Shown: piece after piece, positions 1 to 10,273 of the stretch
Position numbering within the stretch: position 1 is the first letter of the stretch
Layout: each line of letters starts with the position of its first letter
Origin: Bacteroidales bacterium UBA3834
Lineage (GTDB): Bacteria > Bacteroidota > Bacteroidia > Bacteroidales > P3
Assembly: GCA_002392965.1 (NCBI GenBank)
Contig: DGIA01000010.1
Coordinates: 65,722-129,721, forward strand
Direction of reading: 5' to 3'
Length of the DNA: 64,000 bases
Position numbers and translations under genes: made by a program
The notes under the pieces: generated by a model
The model's input: the letters and a program-made list of their open reading frames with translations, nothing else
Told to the model about the DNA's origin: nothing
The model's database searches: none

Positions 1-258
1 AGACGGAGTGCATCTCGTTTCCTCGTATGGTAATCAGTTCTACATAGATGACCGCACGGCGAACCTGCCCCATTCGGATCAGTCCTGTCCAGCAAACAAG
101 GAGAAGAAGGTGCAGATGATTCCGAAATTGCCCCCCAGTCAGGCACAATACGGGTTGCCTACGCCTCCTATCGCCATAATTTCGGCTCAGACCAATGATG
201 CGGTGCAGACACATATGGTAAAGACAGATTGTTTCTCGTACGAATAAAAACTGATGTT

Positions 259-1566
259 ATGAAAATCCGATTGTTTCTCATAATGATTATGTTGCTCGGC
301 CTGATGCCGACGGTGGCACAGCCGGTGGTGCACGTGAACAGCCGCGACACGGTGCGCTACGGCGACCCGTGGTACACCTTCAAACCCTTGCCGGCACTGA
401 ACTATGTCGCACAGTATGGCGGCCAGTTGTTTCTAAAACCTTATCCTAATACGAGATTTGCTCAAGTATATACATCCAGCAAAACGTTGCTATACGGAAT
501 TGCAGTAACGATGGATTCTTTGCCTGCCCAAGAAGACGGTGCGTGGCTCAGTTGTTGGCGGGGTATATTCACCCATCCCGGACCGCCACCACTGCTAACG
601 GAGTATGTGTGTTTCGACAGTGTGTCTCATATGGACTCCATCAGCACATGGAGCCCGCCGTTGCTGAAGCAGTGTGTGTTCGAGTACCAGGTGGGCGGGG
701 CCGGCAGCGACGGGGTCTATAAATCCACCACCCCTGTCAACTGCTTCGAATTCTATTTCGACGAACCGTTGTCACTTGTCCCGCAGGACACCTTCCTCAT
801 TGGCAGCTATTCCAACATGGCAAATCCATATCATTTTTTGGCTTATGCAGGGGTTGACAGGGACGGTGCCAGCCAAAATTGGATGGAAATAAATATATTG
901 AGTGGATGCGCTCAAGGCGCTTATGACACTTCTGCACGTTCTGCCGACCATTATCGCTATCTGTGTTCTCTCTATCCAAATAATGATTATATCTGCAACA
1001 CGGATGGAAGGGGGAGATTATTTTGGTTTTGGGGGATGGTGTTTCCCATCACGGAGCGGAGGTGCACCAAGCCGTGGGGGCTGGAGGTGGATTCGGCGTC
1101 GCGGATGGTGAGGTGGGACCACGATGCCGACGGGGTGCTGTTCCAACTGTCGCTGTGTGCCGACGGTACGCTGCCCGACAACGGGTATATTGTCACCACC
1201 ACGGACACGATGCTCTCCTTCGCGACGCTGCCGTCGCTTTCGCCCGACACGGTGTATCGTCTCTACCTGCGCAAGCAATGCGACTTCAGCACCTCGCGAC
1301 CTGTTACGGTGTGGAGCGACTGGAGCGAGCCGGTGGTGCTCAACCGCAACGCCGGAGGCGGGACCGAAGGGATACCTACAATCGGGCAGGAGAGGGTGAA
1401 AATCTATGCCGAGGGTGGCCGCATCGTGGTGGAGGGTGCCGAAGGGATGGAAGTGAAAGTATATGACGTGAAAGGCATCCAAGTCGCCAACCGAGACCTG
1501 CCTCCCGGAGTGTATATGGTGAAAGTGGACGATCTGCCTGCCCGACGGGTGGTGGTGCTACGGTAG
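259..1566 (+). CDS. Secreted protein of unknown function with T9SS (Por) C-terminal sorting domain
   Basis: Signal peptide MKIRLFLIMIMLLGLMPTVAQP. The C-terminal ~70 aa (KIYAEGGRIVVEGAEGMEVKVYDVKGIQV...GVYMVKVDDLPARRVVVLR) fits the T9SS CTD pattern. Paralog of 20769-22091. Start set at ATG 259 rather than track start 229. Confidence 0.7.
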   Translation: MKIRLFLIMIMLLGLMPTVAQPVVHVNSRDTVRYGDPWYTFKPLPALNYVAQYGGQLFLKPYPNTRFAQVYTSSKTLLYGIAVTMDSLPAQEDGAWLSCWRGIFTHPGPPPLLTEYVCFDSVSHMDSISTWSPPLLKQCVFEYQVGGAGSDGVYKSTTPVNCFEFYFDEPLSLVPQDTFLIGSYSNMANPYHFLAYAGVDRDGASQNWMEINILSGCAQGAYDTSARSADHYRYLCSLYPNNDYICNTDGRGRLFWFWGMVFPITERRCTKPWGLEVDSASRMVRWDHDADGVLFQLSLCADGTLPDNGYIVTTTDTMLSFATLPSLSPDTVYRLYLRKQCDFSTSRPVTVWSDWSEPVVLNRNAGGGTEGIPTIGQERVKIYAEGGRIVVEGAEGMEVKVYDVKGIQVANRDLPPGVYMVKVDDLPARRVVVLR

Positions 1567-1635
1567 TGTAGGCAGAAGGGTTTGGTCCTCTCTTGTGGAA
1601 TGGCAAATTTATTTTGCCATTCCCATGCTTTTTTG

Positions 1636-1643
1636 TATCTTTG
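1636..1643 (+). promoter_or_regulatory. Bacteroidota -7 box TAnnTTTG (TATCTTTG) upstream of ffh
   Basis: Exact consensus match 27 nt upstream of ATG 1671. Confidence 0.55.
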
Positions 1644-1670
1644 CATCGCAATTGATATGCACGGAAAATT

Positions 1671-2996
1671 ATGTTTGAGAACCTTAGTAGTAAGATAGAG
1701 AAAGCGTTACATACCCTGCGAGGCAAGGGTACGATTACCGATATCAATGTGGCAGAGACCGTCAAGGAGGTGCGCAAGGCACTGCTGGACGCCGATGTCA
1801 GCTATCCCATCGCCAAGGAGTTCACCGACAAGGTGAAGGCTGAGGCCATGGGCCGCAATGTCATCCAGAGCATCGAGCCCGGTCAGCTGATGGTGAAGAT
1901 TGTGCATGAGAAGCTGACGGAGTTGATGGGATCGGAGGCCGTGGATATCAATATCAAAGGGCAGCCGGCAGTGGTGCTTATAGCCGGCCTGCAGGGTTCG
2001 GGTAAAACGACTTTCAGCGCCAAACTGGCCAACATGTTGCGCACGAAAAGAGCCAAGAACGTGATGCTGGTGGCGGGCGACGTCTATCGTCCGGCGGCCA
2101 TTGGCCAGTTGCAGACTTTGGGTCGGCAGATTGCCGTTCCCGTCTATACCGAAGCCGGCAACATGAATCCCGTGCAGATTGCACAAAACGCCGTGAAGGA
2201 GGCAAAACAGAAAGGTGTGGATGTGGTGATTGTGGATACCGCCGGCCGTCTGGCCGTCGATGAGGAGATGATGAACGAGATTGCCGCCCTGAAGCGCGAA
2301 TTGCATCCGCAAGAGACGCTCTTTGTGGTGGATTCGATGACGGGTCAGGATGCTGTGAACACAGCCAAGGCGTTCAACGACAGGTTGGATTTCGACGGTG
2401 TGGTGCTGACCAAGCTCGACGGTGACACTCGAGGCGGTGCGGCGCTCACGATACGCTACACGGTGCAGAAACCCATCAAGTTTGTGGGTATCGGTGAGAA
2501 GATGGATGCCCTCGATGTGTTCCACCCCGACCGCATGGCCAATCGCATTCTGGGAATGGGCGATGTGGTGAGTCTGGTGGAGCGGGCACAGGAGCAGTAT
2601 GATGAAGCCGAAGCAAGGAAGATATCCAAGAAGTTGATGCGCAACGAGTACAACTTCGACGACTTCCTGTCGCAGTTAGCACAAATCAAGAAGATGGGGT
2701 CGATGAAAGACCTCATGGGAATGATCCCGGGCATGGACAAGCTGACGAAGAACGTGGAAATCAGTGATGACGCCTTCAAGCCGATAGAGGCCATGATTGG
2801 GTCGATGACGCCCTATGAGCGCCAGAATCCCAGTTGCCTGAACGGCAGCCGCAAACAGCGCATCGCCGCCGGCAGCGGACGCAGCATCCAGGAACTGAAC
2901 CGCTTCTTGAAGCAGTTTGAGGACACTCGCAAAATGATGAAGATGGTGTCCCGAAACGGTGGCCGTGTTCCTGCAATGGGAAAAAAACGCCGATAA
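1671..2996 (+). CDS. ffh: Signal recognition particle protein Ffh
   Basis: SRP54 G-domain motifs GLQGSGKTT, DTAGR and TKLDGD. Met-rich M domain (MGSMKDLMGMIPGM). 441 aa. Confidence 0.97.
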   Translation: MFENLSSKIEKALHTLRGKGTITDINVAETVKEVRKALLDADVSYPIAKEFTDKVKAEAMGRNVIQSIEPGQLMVKIVHEKLTELMGSEAVDINIKGQPAVVLIAGLQGSGKTTFSAKLANMLRTKRAKNVMLVAGDVYRPAAIGQLQTLGRQIAVPVYTEAGNMNPVQIAQNAVKEAKQKGVDVVIVDTAGRLAVDEEMMNEIAALKRELHPQETLFVVDSMTGQDAVNTAKAFNDRLDFDGVVLTKLDGDTRGGAALTIRYTVQKPIKFVGIGEKMDALDVFHPDRMANRILGMGDVVSLVERAQEQYDEAEARKISKKLMRNEYNFDDFLSQLAQIKKMGSMKDLMGMIPGMDKLTKNVEISDDAFKPIEAMIGSMTPYERQNPSCLNGSRKQRIAAGSGRSIQELNRFLKQFEDTRKMMKMVSRNGGRVPAMGKKRR

Positions 2997-3021
2997 AGGA
3001 TAGATGATAAATACATAAGAT

Positions 3022-3900
3022 ATGGTACAGTTATTGGACGGCAAGGCCATGGCCTTGCAAATCAAGGAAGAGATAGCCAATGAGGTGCGCAGCCTGACCG
3101 CGGAAGGTCATCGTGCGCCCCACCTGGCCGCTGTTATTGTCGGTACCGACGGCGCCAGTATGACTTATGTGGCCAATAAAGAGAAATCGAGCCACGAGGT
3201 GGGATTCACGTCGAGTGTCTATCGCATGTCGGAGACCACGACGGAGAGGCAGCTGCTGGAGACGATAGATTTTCTGAACAATGACCCTGACATTGACGGC
3301 TTCATCGTCCAACTGCCTCTGCCCAAGCATATCAACGAGCAAAAGGTGATTGACGCCATTTCGCCTGACAAGGATGTTGATGGCTTCACACCGGTGAACA
3401 TCGGCCGCATGGTGCTGGGCGAAGAGTGTTTCACGCCTGCCACACCTATGGGGATCTGCACGCTGCTTAAGCGCTACGGTATCGAGACTGCTGGAAAGCA
3501 TTGTGTGGTGTTGGGACGGTCGAACATTGTGGGCACTCCGGTGGCCAATCTTTTAAGCCGCAAGGGCTTCGACTGCACTGTGACCATGTGCCATAGCAAG
3601 ACCAAGAATCTGAAGGAGCTGTGCCTGCAGGCCGACATCTTGGTTGTGGCTATCGGCAAGCCGGAACTTGTTACGGCCGACATGGTGAAGGATGGTGCTG
3701 TGGTGGTAGATGTGGGAATCCACCGTGTGGAAGATGCCTCGAAGAAGAACGGCTACCGCGTCATCGGTGACGTGAAGCATTGTGAGGTGGATGCCAAATG
3801 CAGTTGGGTGACGCCGGTGCCCGGCGGTGTAGGCCCGCTGACGATAGTGAGCCTGCTGCAGAACACGATGCAGGCTTATCGCCGCCATGAAAACAAGTGA
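3022..3900 (+). CDS. folD: Bifunctional methylenetetrahydrofolate dehydrogenase/cyclohydrolase FolD
   Basis: 292 aa. Typical FolD blocks: [58 protein letters not shown]. Confidence 0.95.
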   Translation: MVQLLDGKAMALQIKEEIANEVRSLTAEGHRAPHLAAVIVGTDGASMTYVANKEKSSHEVGFTSSVYRMSETTTERQLLETIDFLNNDPDIDGFIVQLPLPKHINEQKVIDAISPDKDVDGFTPVNIGRMVLGEECFTPATPMGICTLLKRYGIETAGKHCVVLGRSNIVGTPVANLLSRKGFDCTVTMCHSKTKNLKELCLQADILVVAIGKPELVTADMVKDGAVVVDVGIHRVEDASKKNGYRVIGDVKHCEVDAKCSWVTPVPGGVGPLTIVSLLQNTMQAYRRHENK

Positions 3901-3904
3901 TAAT

Positions 3905-3934
3905 AAAGAAGCCGTCCGAGAGGACGGCTTCTTT
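3905..3934. terminator. Bidirectional intrinsic terminator hairpin between convergent folD and the lipoprotein gene
   Basis: AAAGAAGCCGTCC-GAGA-GGACGGCTTCTTT is a perfect 13-bp stem flanked by A/T runs on both sides. Confidence 0.85.
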
Positions 3935-3953
3935 ATTATGGTTTTAGGAATTT

Positions 3954-4445
3954 TTATTGTTCGATGTCGATGGCGTAGGTGACGGGTTTGGTGATGACAA
4001 CGCGGAAACGCATGGTCAAGAGTTCATTGCGCTGGGTGAGATAATCGTCCAGGTCGCTGACCATGAAAGTGATCATGCCGTTTGAAATATCGAAACGGAG
4101 GTTGACAGGACGATAGACTGTAGCACCTGTACCATCGGTGAACTGGCGTGAATAGACGTAGGGCAGAGGCTCTTGGTATTCAGTGCTGCCCGAGGAGAGA
4201 AGGAGATAGACATTGACGTTGCCCTCTCTCAGCACATCGGGTGTGATGGCGGAACACCGGTAGTCGTAGTACAGAATACCCACATCGCGGGTGTCGTCCC
4301 AAAGGTCGTTGGTGATGATGACGGTGTTGTCAACGATGGTCTGTGTGCTGTCGATCAGGTAGGTCTTTGTCTTGCTGCAAGAGGAAAACAGCAGGCACAA
4401 GGCGGCAGCGGCCATCAGGAATCCTTTAAAGATTGTCTTTTTCAT
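3954..4445 (-). CDS. Lipoprotein, function unknown
   Basis: Signal peptide plus lipobox (LLFSSC). 163 aa with no recognised domain. Own TAnnTTTG box upstream. Confidence 0.6.
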   Translation of the reverse strand: MKKTIFKGFLMAAAALCLLFSSCSKTKTYLIDSTQTIVDNTVIITNDLWDDTRDVGILYYDYRCSAITPDVLREGNVNVYLLLSSGSTEYQEPLPYVYSRQFTDGTGATVYRPVNLRFDISNGMITFMVSDLDDYLTQRNELLTMRFRVVITKPVTYAIDIEQ

Positions 4446-4508
4446 GGTTTGGTGTATTTCTGTTTTGTTTTTAAAACGTGATTATGTTGCCTTTATTGTT
4501 TTCGGGTG

Positions 4509-4516
4509 CAAAATTA
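4509..4516 (-). promoter_or_regulatory. -7 box (TAATTTTG on the minus strand) upstream of lipoprotein gene 3954-4445
   Basis: Exact TAnnTTTG match 63 nt upstream of the start. Confidence 0.5.
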
Positions 4517-4643
4517 CAGAATAAATGTGAAGAAAATTCCGATATAAGACATAATTTTATGAAAAAAAGTGTGTTTCCACGTAACAAAACATTTCTTTTT
4601 GCGTTATTGAGACAAAATACAAGTGATAATTTAGTGCACGAGT

Positions 4644-5504
4644 ATGAGACAACTGAAGATTACGCATTCTATTACCAACCGCGATATCAAGTCGTTGGAT
4701 AAATACCTGCAGGACATTTGCAGCGAGGAACTGTTGACGCCCGAGCAGGAGGTTCAGCTGGCGCAGCGAATCAAGCAGGGAGATCAGGCGGCATTGGAAC
4801 GTTTGACGAAGGCCAACCTGAGATTCGTGGTATCGGTGGCTAAGCAGTATCAGAACCAGGGTCTGTCGCTGCCCGACTTGATCAATGAGGGTAATGTGGG
4901 ATTGATTAAGGCTGCCAAGCGATTTGATGAGACGCGTGGATTCAAGTTTATCAGTTATGCCGTGTGGTGGATTCGTCAGAGCATTTTGCAGGCTATTGCT
5001 GAGAACTCGCGCATCGTGCGTCTGCCGAGCAACCAGCTGGGAGCCCTCAACAAGTTGAAGAAGGAAATCAGCAAACTGGAGCAGCAGTTGGAACGTCCGC
5101 CATCGGAAGAGGAACTGGCCGAAATGTTGGATATCCCTGAGGATAAGATTAAGGCCATTATGGGTATCAGTGGACGTCATGTAAGCATCGATGCACCTTT
5201 GGCCAGCGACGAGGATGTGAACTTTGTGGATGTGTTGCCAAACGAGGATACCCCTCCTACGGACAGCAAATTGATGCAAGAGAGTTTGTCTCAGGAGATA
5301 GAACGCTGCCTCTCGACGCTCACGGAATATGAGCGTGAAGTTATCAAAATGTATTTCGGTATCGGGTTGCCGCATCCGTTGAGTCTCGACGAGATAGCCA
5401 TGAAGTTCAACCTGACTCGTGAACGAGTGCGTCAAATCAAGGAAAAAGGTATCAAGCGACTGAAGACCAGTAGTAAAAGCAAGCACCTGAAGGCGTATTT
5501 GTAG
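4644..5504 (+). CDS. rpoD: Primary RNA polymerase sigma factor (short Bacteroidota SigA/RpoD)
   Basis: Sigma-70 regions 2-4: [54 protein letters not shown]. The 286-aa size is typical of Bacteroidota sigma A. Confidence 0.93.
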   Translation: MRQLKITHSITNRDIKSLDKYLQDICSEELLTPEQEVQLAQRIKQGDQAALERLTKANLRFVVSVAKQYQNQGLSLPDLINEGNVGLIKAAKRFDETRGFKFISYAVWWIRQSILQAIAENSRIVRLPSNQLGALNKLKKEISKLEQQLERPPSEEELAEMLDIPEDKIKAIMGISGRHVSIDAPLASDEDVNFVDVLPNEDTPPTDSKLMQESLSQEIERCLSTLTEYEREVIKMYFGIGLPHPLSLDEIAMKFNLTRERVRQIKEKGIKRLKTSSKSKHLKAYL

Positions 5505-5516
5505 GCGAAATGTGAA

Positions 5517-6137
5517 ATGGATATAATCCTTAAATATTTCCCGGAATTGACGGAGCGGCAACGCGAACAGTTTGCCGCTCTGTTGCCATTATATGAGGAG
5601 TGGAATTCGCAGATTAATGTCATCTCCCGTAAGGACATGGATCATTTCTATGAACACCATGTGCTGCATTCGCTTGCCATAGCCAAGGTGATTCGGTTCA
5701 AGCCGATGGCCGAGGTGTTGGACGTAGGGACCGGCGGTGGTTTCCCCGGGGTGCCGTTGGCCATCATGTTTCCCGACAGCCGCTTCACGTTAATTGATTC
5801 TATCGGCAAGAAGATTAAGGTCGTCAATGATGTGGTGGAGCAAATTGGTCTTCTGAACACCCATGTGCATCAGATCAGGGCCGAACAGTTGGAGGGTGAG
5901 TACGACTTCATCGTATCCCGTGCAGTCACTACGTTGGGTGAGTTTGTGCCCTGGGTGAAGAAAAAAATATCAAAAACACAGTATCATCCGCTGCATAACG
6001 GTATCCTTTATCTCAAAGGCGGTGATTTGACCAATGAGTTGTTCCCATTCCGTCACAAGGTAAAAACATGGGACATCACGGAATGGTTTTCGGAGGAATA
6101 CTTCGAGACCAAGAAGGTGATTTACTTGCCGCTATAA
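5517..6137 (+). CDS. rsmG: 16S rRNA (guanine527-N7)-methyltransferase RsmG
   Basis: 206 aa. SAM motif VLDVGTGGGFPGVPLAI and GidB-like layout. Confidence 0.9.
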   Translation: MDIILKYFPELTERQREQFAALLPLYEEWNSQINVISRKDMDHFYEHHVLHSLAIAKVIRFKPMAEVLDVGTGGGFPGVPLAIMFPDSRFTLIDSIGKKIKVVNDVVEQIGLLNTHVHQIRAEQLEGEYDFIVSRAVTTLGEFVPWVKKKISKTQYHPLHNGILYLKGGDLTNELFPFRHKVKTWDITEWFSEEYFETKKVIYLPL

Positions 6138-6140
6138 TAG

Positions 6141-7130
6141 TTAGAGTCGTACGCCGATGAAAATGTGGGATTGCCATTTAATATTGTGGATTTCTATCTC
6201 ACGACTATCTCCGATAGTGGAGAAATTGAAAACCATGTTTGATCCCATAAACCATTGCCCAATATTATAGACAAGAGCACCGCGTGCGGTGATTATAACC
6301 TCAGGAAAACGAAATGGCACAGCATGCGCACCATTGAGATGGTAGTGTCGTTCGCTATAAATGATGAAAGAGGGGACCGTTGAGATGTGCAACAATAAGC
6401 CTTTGAATGGGACGTAATTATAACCATAACCGGCTCCAAGGCTGATTTCTTGCGAAAAAAGACTGAATGGTATGGTTTGGGGCTGCAGGTTGTCGTTCAC
6501 GTGAACGGTTCGCCACTGATAGGAAAGACCAGCCAGAAGACTCCCACAACTGCGTTGCTGCAGGAAAGATTGAGAGAAAGCTGCCGGATGGCTGAAGCGA
6601 CGATAGTTGAATGCATAGTAGGTATTAAAGTTGAATATTTCTTGCGATACAATTCCAACGGGAAGATTGAATATGATGCTGTCCTCAATGGAAGCGTTTC
6701 CGCTGAAAGAACTGGACTTGTGATAAACTGCCTCAAATCCGAATCGGTTGTAATAGGTTGAAAAAGTCCATTCATAGTCATTATATTTCCCTGCAAGTGC
6801 TTCGGGGTTAAGCGATAGATTGATGGAGAGTCCTCGGTATCCTGCGCCAATGCTGTAGGAGGTTTTACGATAGGAACTTAGGTTGCAATTGAAATGGCGG
6901 ACACCATCATGTCCAGACACCAAAAGACTTGCTCCCGAAAGGTTCATTCGCCCTTTAATATTCCAATGTGTGGAAAAGGATGAAATGTAGGTTGTGTCAA
7001 TATCTGCTACACCAGTGAGTGTCTTCCAGGATTGTGTTACCCATTGATAACTGTTATTAGGAAATGTATTCTGTGCCGATAGATTGTTAAGACACAGTAG
7101 GATAATCAACAATAGCGACTGGCGATGCAT
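6141..7130 (-). CDS. Predicted outer-membrane beta-barrel protein, function unknown
   Basis: Signal peptide MHRQSLLLIILLCLNNLSAQ. Alternating aromatic/polar pattern with an aromatic-rich C-terminus. AT-richer than its neighbours. Start moved to ATG 7130. Confidence 0.55.
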   Translation of the reverse strand: MHRQSLLLIILLCLNNLSAQNTFPNNSYQWVTQSWKTLTGVADIDTTYISSFSTHWNIKGRMNLSGASLLVSGHDGVRHFNCNLSSYRKTSYSIGAGYRGLSINLSLNPEALAGKYNDYEWTFSTYYNRFGFEAVYHKSSSFSGNASIEDSIIFNLPVGIVSQEIFNFNTYYAFNYRRFSHPAAFSQSFLQQRSCGSLLAGLSYQWRTVHVNDNLQPQTIPFSLFSQEISLGAGYGYNYVPFKGLLLHISTVPSFIIYSERHYHLNGAHAVPFRFPEVIITARGALVYNIGQWFMGSNMVFNFSTIGDSREIEIHNIKWQSHIFIGVRL

Positions 7131-7148
7131 TTTTTGTTGAAGACTCAA

Positions 7149-8081
7149 CTATTGGATGAGTTTTCGGATGATGTCGTCGGTGCTGATGCCTTCAGCCTCG
7201 GCGTAGTAGTTGCGCACGATACGATGTCGCAATACATTGATTGCGACGGCATTGACATCTTCGGCATCGGGAGAGTATTTGCCTTGCAAAGCTGCATGGC
7301 AGCGTGCTCCGATGATAAGGTACTGCGAGGCGCGGGGGCCAGCTCCCCATGAGATGTATTTATTTTCGCCACGAGTGGATCGGACAAGTTGTACGGCATG
7401 TTCCACGACATTGTCGGCGACAGGCATACGGCTGATGGACTGCTGGATGGACAGAATATCTTCGGCGGAGAGCACCTGGTTAACTTTGGTTGTGGGTGCA
7501 ACTGTGGTCTGTTTGACAATTTGCACCTCTTCGTCGAGTGTCGGGTAATCGAGGCGGACATTGAACATGAATCGGTCGAGCTGTGCTTCCGGCAAAGGAT
7601 AGGTCCCCTCCTGCTCAATGGGATTTTGGGTGGCCAGCACGAAAAAGGGGGAGGGTAGGGAATAGGTGGTGCCGTGAGCGGTGACACGCCGTTCCTGCAT
7701 AGCTTCCAGGAGGGCGGCCTGTGTCTTGGGGGGAGTGCGGTTGATTTCATCGGCCAATACGATTCCGGCGAAGATAGGTCCTTTTACAAATCGAAACTGG
7801 CGGTTTTCATCCAGTATTTCGCTACCTGTGATGTCGGAGGGCATCAGGTCGGGGGTGAACTGGATGCGGTTGAAGGTGAGTCCAAGTGTATGGGAAAGCG
7901 TATTGACAATAAGTGTTTTTGCCAACCCTGGGACACCCAGCAAAAGGCAATGCCCATTGCCGAAGATGGCTGTGAGAAGGCTGTCGATAGTTTCGTCTTG
8001 ACCGACAATGATTTTGCCGATCTCCAGTTTCAATTGTTTGTATTGGGAGACCAAAAGGTCCAATTGTTCTTTGTCGCTCAT
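7149..8081 (-). CDS. MoxR-family AAA+ ATPase
   Basis: Walker A LLLGVPGLAKT and Walker B VLADEINR. 310 aa, MoxR-like throughout. Its start overlaps the upstream gene's stop by 1 nt. Confidence 0.9.
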   Translation of the reverse strand: MSDKEQLDLLVSQYKQLKLEIGKIIVGQDETIDSLLTAIFGNGHCLLLGVPGLAKTLIVNTLSHTLGLTFNRIQFTPDLMPSDITGSEILDENRQFRFVKGPIFAGIVLADEINRTPPKTQAALLEAMQERRVTAHGTTYSLPSPFFVLATQNPIEQEGTYPLPEAQLDRFMFNVRLDYPTLDEEVQIVKQTTVAPTTKVNQVLSAEDILSIQQSISRMPVADNVVEHAVQLVRSTRGENKYISWGAGPRASQYLIIGARCHAALQGKYSPDAEDVNAVAINVLRHRIVRNYYAEAEGISTDDIIRKLIQ

Positions 8082-9418
8082 TACTTCAGATTTTCAAATA
8101 CGCAATCCTTGAATTCGTCGCTCAGGTGTATGTAGGTGATTCCCATCTGGCGGCGGGCCCACTGGCGTAGTTTTTCCTGTTTGGCATTGGCCAAGGCTGC
8201 GTTATAGATGTTGTCGTAGTCATCGGTGAGGTTGGCGCGATGGGCAGCGTGTTTCTTGTTCAGGCGAACGATGCGGTAGGCATCGCGGTTGTCGCTGGTT
8301 TTCATCGCTGTGGCATTGCTTATTTGCCCTTCGTCCATGCCGGTGATACCCACGTTGTAATATTTTTCATTGATGACTTGTTTGTCGAAGCGTGTGCTTC
8401 CGTCGGGAGCTACTGCGGTGCCTCCTTGCTTGGCGTTGGCGGCGGTGCTGTATTGCCGTGCGGCATCCTCGAAGCTGATGTGTCCGGCACGGATTTCAGA
8501 GGCGATGCTGTCCAATTGCATACGTGCTCTCAGCAGGTCGTCGGAAGAAACTTTCGGGATGATAAGGATATGTCGTGCGTTGACGGTATTGCCACGGCGT
8601 TCGATGAGTTGGATGATGTGGAACCCGAACTGGGTCTCGATGATGGGCGACACTTCGCCGGGTTTGAGAGCGAATGCTGCTGCTTCAAATTCACTGACCA
8701 TTTTGCCACGGGCAAAAAAGCCAAGTTCACCGCCCTTCTTCGCCGATCCCGGGTCCTGGGAATAGAGGGTGGCGAGCATGGAGAATTTTTCTCCTTTCAG
8801 CACTCGTTCGCGTAACTCAGCCAGCTGGGTACGCACGCGATCCCTTTCGGCTTCCGATATTTCCGGTTGTATCTCAATCTCCGAAAATTCATACCGTTCC
8901 GGTATGGTGGGTAGGCTGTCGGCGGGCAGGCTGTTGAAGAAATCGGACACCTCGCGCGGGGTGACTTTGATGTCGCCGGTAATTTTGTATTGCACACGTC
9001 CGGAAATAAGGTAGTTGCGTATCATGCGCTCGTATTGCTCCTTGAGTTCGTCATAGGAAAAACCTGTGGCCTCTCTCAACGCCTCCTTGGAACCGTACTG
9101 CATCAAGTCGTTCTGGATGTATTCCTGTACATACTGGTTCACTTCATCGTCGCTTACCTCAGCATCCACGCTATCTACCTCTCCCTTGTGTATAAGTAGC
9201 TGGTTGAGAATAAGGTTTTCGAGGATGGCGCATCGGTTTTCTTGTCGTTTTTCGTTGCCTATGCGGAGGCGCATCTGGGCGTAGGAGCGGTCTATGTCTG
9301 AGTATTTGATGATGTTGCGTCCCACAACGGCGGCCACACCGTCGATGATGGTCTCCTGTGCAAGGATGGTCGGAATGCAAAGGAGTAGCAAGACAATTGT
9401 GGTGAATATTTTCTTCAT
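8081..9418 (-). CDS. SurA-like periplasmic chaperone / parvulin peptidyl-prolyl isomerase
   Basis: Signal peptide, SurA-N-like region and a parvulin domain (ARHILI...GGELGFFARGKMV.EFE...FGFHIIQL). Confidence 0.85.
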   Translation of the reverse strand: MKKIFTTIVLLLLCIPTILAQETIIDGVAAVVGRNIIKYSDIDRSYAQMRLRIGNEKRQENRCAILENLILNQLLIHKGEVDSVDAEVSDDEVNQYVQEYIQNDLMQYGSKEALREATGFSYDELKEQYERMIRNYLISGRVQYKITGDIKVTPREVSDFFNSLPADSLPTIPERYEFSEIEIQPEISEAERDRVRTQLAELRERVLKGEKFSMLATLYSQDPGSAKKGGELGFFARGKMVSEFEAAAFALKPGEVSPIIETQFGFHIIQLIERRGNTVNARHILIIPKVSSDDLLRARMQLDSIASEIRAGHISFEDAARQYSTAANAKQGGTAVAPDGSTRFDKQVINEKYYNVGITGMDEGQISNATAMKTSDNRDAYRIVRLNKKHAAHRANLTDDYDNIYNAALANAKQEKLRQWARRQMGITYIHLSDEFKDCVFENLK

Positions 9419-9421
9419 GGT

Positions 9422-10273
9422 TTATTTGTATCGTTTTACGTCTCCGTTTTTCTCCGCCTCGTCCAGCAAGTCGGCCTGCAGGTGGCCAAGGATGTCCAGT
9501 TTGCGATGGTTGAGGATAATGGAACGGATATTGTCGGTTTGTAGTTCGAGTGGTGAAAGCTCGTCGGTGACCTTGTAGTCGATGATTCGCACTAGATAGG
9601 TGGTGCTGTCGTCGGTGAGTTGTATGGTACGGTTCTGTCGCAGATAAAGACTCTCGTTGTAGGTGGTGATGGGGACAGCTCCTTGCAGGGCAAAAAATGA
9701 CATCCAGCTGTCGGCATCATAATATCCGCTCAATCCGTGGCGACGTGAAGTGGCTTCAAGATCAACAATGTCGGACTCGTTGAAGTCGTTCTTCCACAAG
9801 GTCTTTTTGAGTTTCGCAATGATAGGCGATTTGGTTGGCGCCTTGACATAAACGGCTTTGACAATGGTGTTCTTGAGTTTGAATTCCTCACGGTGCTGTT
9901 CGTAGTATTCTTCGATTTGGTTGTCAGTGACGTTGGTGTCGAGCAGTTGGTTGACAATCTGCTGTTCGTAGGCGTAGATGAGTAGGCTGTTTTTATACTC
10001 GCGCAACTGCCGTTCAAAGTTGTCGTTGATATTCTTTTCCGCTTTGGAAAGCAGTACAGTCTGCCGTATCCATTGGTCGATATAGTTGTCAACAATGGTG
10101 GTGCTGTCTTCTGTGCTGACACCCTCGCCGACCAGTCCGGCCAGGTCATTGCGGTGCAGTTCGTGGTCGTAGGCTCGGGCCACTATTGGCGAGGCATCGC
10201 CTGTCTGGCGGTGACAGGCGGATAATGTCAGCAGCAGTGCCAGCAGACTAATAGCTAATCGTGCGGAGGACAT
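9422..10273 (-). CDS. Lipoprotein, possibly a SurA-N-like chaperone domain protein
   Basis: Lipobox LTLSAC. Lies between two PPIase genes in the same operon and overlaps the upstream gene by 26 nt. No catalytic motif seen. Confidence 0.5.
   Translation of the reverse strand: MSSARLAISLLALLLTLSACHRQTGDASPIVARAYDHELHRNDLAGLVGEGVSTEDSTTIVDNYIDQWIRQTVLLSKAEKNINDNFERQLREYKNSLLIYAYEQQIVNQLLDTNVTDNQIEEYYEQHREEFKLKNTIVKAVYVKAPTKSPIIAKLKKTLWKNDFNESDIVDLEATSRRHGLSGYYDADSWMSFFALQGAVPITTYNESLYLRQNRTIQLTDDSTTYLVRIIDYKVTDELSPLELQTDNIRSIILNHRKLDILGHLQADLLDEAEKNGDVKRYK

Noticed and set aside
8-247. 79-aa ORF at the left edge of the window.
   Set aside because: It has no recognisable motifs and a Pro/Gln-rich composition. 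It overlaps the upstream region of gene 259-1566 and is likely non-coding.
7149-8081. MoxR ATPase as part of a novel system with the neighbouring AT-rich outer-membrane protein gene.
   Set aside because: To my recollection, the guaB / PPIase cluster / MoxR neighbourhood is a conserved housekeeping arrangement in Bacteroidales. Only the outer-membrane protein gene looks compositionally foreign, and there are no further partner genes.
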